Source: Catajapyx aquilonaris
Lineage: Eukaryota
Direction: 5' to 3'
Length of the DNA: 45,743 nt
Assembly: GCA_000934665.2 (NCBI GenBank)
Contig: JYFJ02003168.1
Location: 1-45,743, forward strand
Shown: positions 12,347 to 21,881 of the stretch, in pieces
Position numbering within the stretch: position 1 is the stretch's first letter
How the letters are laid out: each line of letters begins with the position of its first letter
The notes under the pieces: model-generated
The model's input: only the letters and a program-made list of their open reading frames with translations
Told to the model about the DNA's origin: nothing
The model's database searches: none
Made by a program: the position numbers and the translations under genes

Positions 12347-13351
12347 GCGATATTCAGAGGGACACAGCATGTGCTGAGTCTCTGGAAAGCACCACCAGCT
12401 CGGCCGATTTACGCAAACGTAGACAGATAGCGAGGGTTTTATGGGGTCTGCACCGCTAACTAAGCTGGCGACGTTTCATGGCCGGGAAACAATCCATATA
12501 CTGACGAAACCATGTTTTGACATATTTCAGTTACATGGTTCCGTGGTCGTGTTCAGCATGTCGTGAAACGCGGAAGGCATCGCGAATAATTGTTGCGCAG
12601 GGTGTAATACTGCCAAAGTACACCGTCAAACGGGGATTAAAACAGGGAGAAGTAACGACTTGTTTACCACAGTAAGCAAACCACGCTAGAGAAACTGTTT
12701 GCAACTTGATTATTATTAAGAGGCAAAGAAGTCCCCTTTACTGGACTACGAACTTGAATCGGAGTGTATAATTATTATATGCAAGTTCTGATCAGGTTAC
12801 ATAATCACTTTCTCTATTGAATAAAAATAGATAGCGCAGGTTCACGCCCTTGTTACGTAAGAAGAGCTTGATGGCTGCAAAAATATGCTGAGAGGTATAG
12901 AATGCGTAAGAGGCATGCGACTGGGTTTTACGATTCGGTGGAGGAGAGTTGAAATAATAATAATTGCGGGTGTGTGACATCGACCCGGATTTCAATCATA
13001 CCGGGGGATTACTTCATTCTCATCGTGAATATGATGAGCGATAAGGATGCTTTCTCCTCTATCCATAAAATGATCCTAGATAATCGTGTTCAAATGGCGA
13101 TCATATAAATATAGCTTCAGTAGGTTACACATAAAAGAGCTCATAGAAATAAGTCTCATTTAAGTATAGGGGCAATTTCTTTTCCTTGGCGAGTGAGATC
13201 TCAGAGGTATTGAAAGAAGCTCTGAGCTGACTGCCTCTTTGGTAAAAGAAAAATGTTGTACAGATCTCGCAAGTCACAACTGTGTCATGAAACAATGCAC
13301 TAATGAAAAATCAAGTTTTATTGTTCCAGCACACATACACTGAATAATTTT

Positions 13352-15102
13352 TCATGGCACATGCTCAAACCCAAACGGCACCTGGCGGTGCTTCAGCCAT
13401 TTTGGATAGGCTTGGTCGAGGAGAACTATCTGGCTCACGGTTAACTTGCCGCTTGTTCTGTGAAGAAATAATATAACTTGTGTAATTTGCGCAAAACACT
13501 TTCAGCGGACCACTGTTTCCTTACCGCGGGTGCTTGATGCAGAGGATTTTTTCCCTTACTAAAAAGGCCATGATCTTTGCTGCAGTTGCCATGTTAACAG
13601 TCAAGTACGACATCAGATCTCTCTGGTTGACCGTGTCTTTGCCCCGGAGATGATCCAGAACCCGGCGGATTCTACACGTCATCTGCAGCCGGTGATAAAA
13701 ACAATGTGTATTGCAGCAGGGTGGTGCACAGCCCAAGGTTCCTCAGTTAAACAATCTATAACATTTCCAGTGTTGGCTTGCAAATTTGACCACACTGCAG
13801 GAGAAAAATTGTTCGCTTCATTTCCAACGCGACAAACTCCGAAATATCCGAGTCGTCATCGCTCCTCACACTGAATCATCTAGAATACTCTAGAATAAAT
13901 GCGCTCTGGATATAGCTTTGCAATGAGACTCATATACAATGAATGTAATAAATCCACTTAAACACTCGTAAGTATGATGTTCACCAAATCAGCGAACAAT
14001 TTCCTCCTTCCAGGGGCCAGTTCATAACCCTTACAGACATGCTTGCCACCTCTGATCTGTACCTGGGCATCCTCTGGCTCCATGTCCAAGAGGGTAGGGT
14101 CCCTGCATGACAGTCCTGGGTTGTCTTTGGCACATCTCAAACAAGTGTGAAAACCATCGAACTTTGGCGCTAACTCCAGGAAGCACACCTGAAAGTCACC
14201 AAAAATTAATTGCACTATGACCCACTTCCGTTCTCCCAATCCGTCTATACAGGATGTTCCACAACGTTCTATATAGGGCGAACTCCTGAGGATAAGAGTA
14301 TCACTTTTTGTGGAGCCTTCATTTGGTACCTAAACGCTGGTTACCAATGATTGGGCCTCTAAATGTGCTGCAAAATATTTTGGCAGTTTCACTTACATTC
14401 TAGGAGTCACCATGCAAATTCATTTTAAATTAGGACCCCCAAGATGTAGCCGTCCGCCACATAGATGGTACGATTATGAACTCTTTAACTAATGATAATT
14501 ATCTCAGAAGAGATGCTATACGCAGACCAATAGTGGCTCTATGAACCTCGAGAAGTTCGCCCAGTCAATCACTCCCAGTCTCCCAAAACTTGAAGTACGA
14601 TTAGCTTACAGCGTGCTGCCACATAGGGCAGCTGTCGCAGGCGACCATCGTTCCATCCCACGAGTTCTCCCCGCATGGGCAGTCCGTGTCATCCCTGTTG
14701 AGGCCTGTACGCTGAGGCGCGTTCCCAATAAGCTCTCCTGCAGCAATGAATCAAGTTTTATCAGGCTTGCATGTAAGAATAGGCGATTTATAAATACGTA
14801 TATAAACAACAGTGATAATGTATGTTGCTTGAGTTTCGTGAATAAAATTATTACTCTAATCCGTGCCCCTTTTCAAAATAATGACAATTTTTGTGACTTT
14901 TCTCGAGTCTGCATTTTTGCTCTTCAACTTAATTCTCTCAATATTCACATGGACATGGGAGCTGCTGTCAACTTCTGTGTTAAGTCAACTGGAGTGTACT
15001 GTAATGACTAATAATCCAATCAGTAGAAGGCTGGGAAATATTCTTACCTTGGGGGTTAGGATGGTCACCTCCGGGATTCATGTATGGTGGAATCTCACCC
15101 AT
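13352..15102 (-). CDS. 190-aa PHD finger + winged-helix protein resembling the HORMAD/Hop1 chromatin-binding region, without a HORMA domain
   Basis: Coding exons 15102-15048, 14737-14610, 14188-14063, 13682-13525, 13457-13352; all GT-AG with consistent phases (1,0,0,2). PHD C4HC3 pattern: CPC-GENSWDGTMVA-CDSC-PMWQHAVC...HTCLRC. It is followed by SCRDPTL...QMTCRIRRVLDHLRGKDTVNQRDLMSYLTVNMATAAKIMAFLVREKIL (helix-turn-helix pattern). AATAAA at 13317-13322. Confidence 0.82.
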
Positions 15103-15405
15103 CGCAGACTATCTTGCTCGTTGCTGGGTATGACCAACAATAATCGACCAACCTGGGAATGGTACTATAATACTATAATCGTTCAAAAAGATGGAGACAA
15201 TTTTGCATTGAAACTAAATGAATTTTTTTTTGACTTGTCTGAAAATTTGTACACAAGATTATTTCTCCTAGTGTAGTAATGTGTGATTTTGGAGATCCTG
15301 GGATAACCAGTCATGACTGAAAGTTTTTAAAAAATGTAGCAAGAAAAATAAAATATGTCAAAAATTTTTGCTTCATAATAATATCTCACAATAACTTGGT
15401 CAGTA

Positions 15406-15592
15406 CACAGTAAACCGCAAAACATTAAAAGAGCATCACTGGTGAGTCTCTCATGGAACATCAATTTTTAATGCTCTTGTGATGCTTTTTGTTGCTAAAA
15501 AGCACCACACGAGCATTAGAAGAGCATTAAAAATTGATGTTCCATGAGAGACTCACCAGTGATGCTCTTTTAATGTTTTGCGGTTTACAGTG
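15406..15592. mobile_element. Fold-back MITE with 69-bp perfect inverted arms and CAC...GTG ends
   Basis: 15410-15478 is the exact reverse complement of 15520-15588. Termini CACAG / CAGTG; no clean TSD seen. Confidence 0.8.
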
Positions 15593-16088
15593 CAGCTTTT
15601 AATTCTATCATAATAATTCATGTCTCATTCCAAATGGTTCAGAGCATGGTTCAGAGGTTCATAAAACATGGGATCAAAAATATCATACGAGTATTTCAAA
15701 TAATCAGGCATTTTTTTTAGATGCCACATATGTGACCTTTTTGACCTGGAGTCCTAGACTAGTTTTATTATATTACAGTACAACAGAGCACCGCTTGGAA
15801 CATTTCCCTGAAAAGATTTGGAATTTGAAGAATTTTAGATACAAAGAAAAAAAAAATTAAGAACAAAAGACACACATGGAATCTCATATTTTCCTAAATT
15901 GAGAGCAGATTCGTCAAAAATGTCCGTCGTAACCGGTAGTAACCATAGTCACTAATAATTAACTGTCATTGCGGCAAATATTTATGAATCCACCCCCCAG
16001 CCACACATTCATTAAAATTATGCGAAATTAGCGTTAGTTATAAGTGGAAAGTGGAAAAATGTGCGAGTCAATATTTAGAACGACCTAC

Positions 16089-16305
16089 CCTTGATGAGTA
16101 TGATCAAGAGTACTCTTGGTATGATGCCTTTCCCCACTCGGGCTTCTTTTCGAGGCTGGCCCCGTGTCTGCCCCTGGTCTCGCACGGCCACTGGGCTGCC
16201 CCCGGTCGGAAGGAAACGGCCTGTTGTCCTCTTTAACCCAACACAAATTGAACGAATCGAACGGAAAAGAAAATAGGGGAAAGGAAAAAAAAAAGATGGC
16301 CGACC
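16089..16305 (-). other. Probable non-coding first exon / TSS region of the PHD-wHTH gene
   Basis: GC-rich block ending in donor AAGG|GTAGGT (16088), with a matching acceptor at 15153-15154. YY1/Pho-like AAGATGGCCG at 16293-16302. Confidence 0.45.
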
Positions 16306-16320
16306 AGACGTTCCATTAGG

Positions 16321-16884
16321 AGCAGGGTTGCCAATATGACACACAACAACTATTTATATTTTTATGGAGATTTTAAAAAAACCGTTTAAAAAAAATAGTT
16401 GGCACCGTGCCTTAATTACGATAATTGGAGTAATTATATGTAACCAGAAAAATCATCAAAACTGATTAGCAGGCCCTACAGGGCCGTTTACACTAGGAAA
16501 CTTGTCAAATAACTAGTTGCGCAACTAGTTTTGTCCAACCTGAAAATACATGGGACAGATAGGAAGTTTTGCCCTGACCTGAAAATGCTCCAACTTGTCA
16601 TCCAACCAACTTTTTGGTTGTGGGTGGAGCCATAAGTTGTGGGTGGAGCCATAAAGTTTAGCTCTAGGGAGCATACTAGTTGTTCAACCTGGGAGGGGGA
16701 ATAGGGAATCCGACGGAATCCATCTTGAAAGTTCAAGGTTGGGTTGGTGGGAGGGGCGAGAAGCTGGTCACGTGGGGGGTTTTATTGCAACTAGTTGTAC
16801 AACTAGTTATTTGACAAGTTTCCTAGTGTAAACGGCCCTTACAGTTGAAGGTCACTTCAGGTCATACCTGTTGGCAACCCTGCT
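16321..16884. mobile_element. AGCAGGGTTGCCAA-ended non-autonomous element, host of a nested MITE
   Basis: 14-bp perfect TIRs at 16321-16334 / 16871-16884; no TSD recognised. Confidence 0.55.
16480..16839. mobile_element. PIF/Harbinger (Tourist-like) MITE
   Basis: 40-bp perfect TIR agggccgtttacactaggaaacttgtcaaataactagttg, flanked on both sides by TAC (16477-16479, 16840-16842). GGGCC ends and a 3-bp TSD are typical of PIF/Harbinger. Confidence 0.8.
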
Positions 16885-17489
16885 GCCAGCTGGATTTCGA
16901 ATTAATTTTTTCCCGTGCCCCGATTTTTTCCTTTTTAAAATCAATTTTAAAAAAACTCGGTTAAACTTAAACAGACTTTAATGCACATTATTTTTCATCA
17001 GACTTTGATTTGTTGCGTACAATATTGCACAGTTACNTTAGGCATATATATTTTTAAACATTTTTTTGGGGGGTTTAAATACAATGACACAAAAAATCGC
17101 CCCCTAAAAAAAATTTAGTGGGCTAGGAATGAAAATATTTTACAATATTGCACCACATCATGTGTGCTGGTTTTGCATTATTCACATGTAATTTGAAAAA
17201 GGCAAAAAACACACGACATGTAATAAACCCAGGCGATTTCTATAGTGGATTAAAAAATAATTAAAAAATTGTTAAGATGTTATTAGGCAGCCAAAAATGA
17301 GTCTCCGTTTGGCAGCAGCAAAAAAAGCCCTTGTTGTTTTTTTAACAATGGCTAACTGGGGGCAGGGTGTCTCGTAACATCCTTTGTGTAAAGTCCGACT
17401 GTACGCTTCAGATAACAGTAAATTTGATTAAGTCTGCATGAAGCTGTAACAACCTCAACATTGCTAACTAGCACGGTGACTGATAAATA

Positions 17490-17873
17490 AAAGAAATCCT
17501 GTTCCGCAATTGCCGTGGCTAAGACACCAACCTTAAAAAAATCCTAAATTTTGGGTATTAAGACTCAAAAAATTGCAGTTTTCATACTTTTCCCTAAATC
17601 AGCAGCACATAAGACATCAGTGTGCCAAAGTCCAGCACTCTCAGTAGTCGGGAAGCGGGTTAGGTAACCCAGACATACAGACAAACTTGCTGATTTATAC
17701 GCGTAAGAAAAATCCTACATTTTTGGGTATTTACACTCAAAAAATTGCAGTCTTCGGACATTTCCCTAAATCAGCAGACATTTGTGTGCCTAGTTTCAGC
17801 ACTTTCAGCACTCCGGATGTGGGTTAATTGTCCTGGACATACAGACAAACTTTCAGCTTTATACAATGTCAGA
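17490..17873 (-). mobile_element. Helitron-like non-autonomous element with a ~170-bp tandem duplication
   Basis: Units ~17536-17700 and ~17708-17864. The minus strand starts A|TCTGACATTGTATAAAGCTGAAAGTTTGTCTGTATGTCC, like arthropod non-autonomous Helitron 5' ends. The 3' end is degenerate. Confidence 0.55.
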
Positions 17874-18306
17874 TGTATGATACCATCATAATTGGGCAGC
17901 GTATAGAAATCAAACTCAGGTCTAGGCTATACCATCCAGCGAGAAGTTAAAAAAATTAAATAATCTAACCAAATACCGCATAATGAATCTCCAAAGGTTC
18001 TGTGTGCGCCTGCTTACAATAATATTAAACCATTTACAAGCATTTTTAAATGCAGGGCAATAGCAATTACTGAACCGATCACAGTCAACATCAGAGCGCC
18101 AGCACTCAAACTTACATTTGTTTAAAAGGCATGACTTGGTACTCGGAAGGACATTACGAGACACCCTGTTCGTTCATTTATTATGGGAATGTTATCACTT
18201 TCAAACGTCTTTTTTATTGCCCTCTGGAAATGAGTAGACAGCCTGTAATCTTTGGTATCGTTAAATACTGGCCACGATTTAATTTAGAGGACCTCGCATA
18301 ACATGG

Positions 18307-19153
18307 CTACTTGTACCCGCCGATGTCGGGGCAGCAGTTCCTCCTGCCCGTCCGTCCGTCCCCTGCCGCTGCCAGATTACTGGAGGAACTGGATTCCTGC
18401 GAGTAGAAGCGTCTTCTGGATAGATCCACTGTCTCCCCCAAACCAGCCGGTCGCTCCAGGCGGGCTTCCAGGCGCGTCCAGCTGTCCACGGCTAGGGTGA
18501 AAGCCGAATCCACGTTGGTCGCATCCTTCGCAGACGTCTCGACATACGGGGGTCCTCCGTTCTGCTGGCACCACTGCAACGCCTCGTCCGTCGTCACCTG
18601 TCGACTCTCCTCAATGTCCACCTGTAATTGCAGCAATTAATTAACTGCCAACGCACCCTGCAGGCACCAACCTTGTTCCCAGCAACGATGAAGGGGAAGG
18701 AGCTCCCATCCTTGACATCCGCATAGTGTAGGAACTCGTTCTTCCAAAGCATAAGGTTCTCGAAGCTCCTGGCGTCGTCCAGTGCAAAGGCCAGGATGCA
18801 GATGTCGGACCCTCTGTAGAACGGGGTCCGCAGGCTCTTGAACCGCTCCTGCCCTGCCGTGTCCCATATCTGCAGTACGTACGACCCCAGCAGTCTAATT
18901 ATACCCGCCAACAAACCAACGTCTGCGCCAGTACCTGCAGCGTGTACTTCTCCCCTCCGATCTCAATGTCCTTGTTGAGGAACTCGACTCCGATGGTGTG
19001 GAAGGAGTGGGCGTCGAACCGGTTGGACACAAACCGGTTCATCAGGCAGGACTTCCCAACCCCTCCGTCGCCCAGTATCACCACTTTCAGCAGGGTGTTG
19101 CGGCTCGACTGGCGCTGGTGCCTCATCTGCTGGGGCGTACTAGACGACGACAT
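18307..19153 (-). CDS. Rab9: Ras-related protein Rab9, 243 aa
   Basis: Exons 19153-18935, 18869-18672, 18621-18307; introns of 65 and 50 nt. Motifs GDGGVGKS, FHTIGVEFLNK, WDTAGQERFKSLRTPFYRGSD (Rab9-specific), GNKVD, ETSAKD, and CC near the C terminus. 5'UTR intron acceptor at 19155-19156. Confidence 0.95.
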
Positions 19154-19274
19154 CCTGAAGGAAATCACGCAAGTCAATCATTGTTGCCATGCTATTGTGC
19201 CGACATTACTATAGAAATCATTAATCAGCAGCAATCAACCATATCACGGGGTAGCACCAAAAAAAAACAAAAAA

Positions 19275-20139
19275 ACATTGCAACCTGTTGCCATGACAGA
19301 CCCGTTGCCATGCTAACCGGTTGCTATGCAAATCAGTGCAATGCTAACAGATTGCCATGCTAACCAGTTGCGCTAAACCGTGCCATACTAGCCAGTTGCC
19401 ATGCTAACTCGTCGCCATGCTATCCAGCAGTTGCTATGCTAAACCACTGCTACGTTAAACTGTCGCCATGCCAACTTGCTGCTATGCTAACCTGGTGTTA
19501 TGCTAAACTGTTGCCATGCTAACCGGTTGTTATGCTGAACTATAGCCATGCGCTAACCAGTCGCTATGCTAAACCATTTCTATGCTTATTCATGCCCTTG
19601 TAACCAGTTGCAATGCTAAAGCGTTGCCATGCTAACCCACTGCTACGTTAAACTGTTATTGCCATGCCAACTCGTTGCCATGCTAATTAACCTGTTGTTG
19701 TGCTAAACTGTTGCCATGCTATCCGGTTGTTGTGCTGAACTATATCCATGCTAACAAATTGCTATGCTAAACCATTTCTATGCTTATCCATGCCATTGTA
19801 ACCAGTTGCTCTGGTGAAGCGTTGCCATGTGCCAACTCATTGCTACGTTAAACTGTCGCCATGCTAACCCACTGCTAATCTAAACCGCTGCCATATATGC
19901 TAGACCTGTTGCCACGCTAAATATCTGCCATGCTAATCTGTTCCATGACAACCAGTTGCTATGCCCAAACCGTTGCCACGCTAATGAATACATTGCTACG
20001 CTGAACTGTGCTGTCGCCATTCTGACCCGTGCCATGCCAACCGGTCAGCTACGCTGATTCTGTTAAGCCGGCCAGTTGCAATGCCAAACCCCCGTTGCCA
20101 TGGACAAGCAAACAGACTTTCCCTTTCATATATTATGGA
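19275..20139. repeat. Degenerate tandem array of GTTGCCATGCTAA(C/A) units (~16-18 bp) in the Rab9 5'UTR intron, inside a Helitron-like element
   Basis: Dozens of gttgccatgctaa/gttgctatgctaa units. The right end on the minus strand reads A|TCCATAATATATGAAAGGGAAAGTCTGTTTGCTTGTCC, a Helitron-like 5' end. Confidence 0.85.
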
Positions 20140-20238
20140 TAGGTGGCTAAGCACTGTTAAGATGCGGCGTGCACACTCTTAAGGCGAATGGTGGTGCGGA
20201 GTCCCATAGCCAAGGCGTACCGTGCAACCTGTACCAAC

Positions 20239-20730
20239 CTTGTGGCTGTTTTAATCCGGCTCCTGACCTAGTGTGACCTGAGGTCAACCCTTCTTCTGTT
20301 GACCTCTTATTACGCCATGATTATTTCAAAACAACATTTTGGAGGCAGCTTATTATTATCCTTTTGATGAAGTAGTAGTAGTAGGCGTGTGTTTAGGCCC
20401 CGAATGGCGCACGCGTTCTATCGATCGGAAGCCCAGCCTAAACCGCGGTTTTAAAGTTAAACCCGATTAAACCGACGGGTTTAAAATGCGACGCAACTAA
20501 ATTATACTAATGACTAATTAAAGTGCACGGATGTGTCCTGTCCGCATGTTAATTCGGTTCAACCAGTTCTAAAATCATGTTTTTAACGATCATGCCCATT
20601 GATGCAAGTTAAGTTTTAAACTGTTCGCATTTAATAGTTTAAATTGAGGGGACGGGTGCCTCCTCCAGGCGGCGGGTGGCCGAACCAGAGAGAGAGAGAC
20701 GTTCCAAAAAGGGAAAAAAAGATGGCCGCC
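20239..20730. promoter_or_regulatory. Bidirectional promoter region for Rab9 (-) and PDZD8 (+)
   Basis: Ohler motif-1-like GGTCACACTAG on the minus strand (20278-20268) just upstream of donor AAG|GTTGGT (20238). DRE-like TATCGATC at ~20419. YY1-like AAGATGGCCG at 20719-20728 precedes a GC-rich + strand leader. Confidence 0.6.
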
Positions 20731-21089
20731 GTTCCGACCCGTCTCTTCTTCCCGGAGGAGCCCAACTCCGGAGGAGGGATCGTCTGCCCCGGGGCCAGGG
20801 GCGGGCTGTAGCTGGCAGGGCAGGCCACAGGTGATACTATACGGACGGGGAGGGGGGCAGGGCAACAACGACCAGGGGGAAGCGGGTAAAGGAGAAGGGG
20901 TTACGTAACATGGGCAAGATTTTGTTCCATTCCACCCAAAAACTGACCAGTAAATATTTATGTAATAATAATAATTGCATTTGATGTAATAATTGCCTCG
21001 GGGGGCGGTTAAAAGCACATGAAGTGGTCAACCCATGTAAGTCCACAACCGTCTGGACAAGCCAACTGTCCTTTTGAAACGGAAAACTC

Positions 21090-21835
21090 TCAACAACCAT
21101 GCTGACCAGTTGCCATGCTCAACTGCTGCCATGTTACCAACCCGTTCTATGCTACCCCCGTTGCCATGCTCAACCATTGCTACAATCAAAAACCGTTGCC
21201 ATGCTAACCCAGATTGCCAGGCAAACCTTGTTGCCATGCTAAACTGTTTGCCATGCCATAAATGTTGCCATGCCAACCCGTTAAACCTGTTGCTATGCTA
21301 AAACCGTTGCAATGCAAACCCCGCTGCCACGTCAAACCATCGCCGTCATCAACCAGTTGCTATGTTAAACCGTTCCTAACGCATCGCCAAGCCAAGCTGT
21401 TGCCGTGCTAAACCGTTTTCCATGCTACCCCCATTGCTACGCTAACCCGTGCCATGCTAACCAGTTTCCATGCTAAACAGTTTCATATAATGCTAAACTG
21501 CTGATATGCCCAACCATTGCTTCAAGCTAAAACCGTTGCCATGCTAAGCTATTGCCATGGTGACCCGTTGCCATGCTAAAATGTTGCCATGCTAACCCAA
21601 TTGCCATGTTAAACCATTCCATGCTAATCCATGTCATGCTAACTGGTTGCCATGCTAACCCATTGCTAATAAGCTAAACTGTTGCCATGCTAAACCATTT
21701 CTATTCACAACTGTTGCTGCACTAATACATGCCATGCTAACAAGTTGCTATGCTAACTGGTTGCCATGCTAAACCACTTCTAAGCTACTCCCGTTGCCAT
21801 GCTAATCCGTGCCATGCCAACCCGTTGGCGGATAG
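21090..21835. repeat. Second GTTGCCATGCTAA(C/A) tandem array, in the PDZD8 5'UTR intron
   Basis: Same unit and same + strand orientation as 19275-20105. It ends ~30 nt before the acceptor ttcccttccag at ~21865. Confidence 0.85.
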
Positions 21836-21881
21836 CAAACGGTACTGAAACCCATTTCCCTTCCAGCAGAAGACCTGCGCC

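Noticed and set aside
14541..15276. + strand ORFs of 156 and 137 aa, and a possible extra minus-strand exon at ~14850-14990
   Set aside because: The + ORFs are antisense to the PHD gene with no recognisable domain. The candidate extra exon hits stops or lacks a phase-compatible donor.
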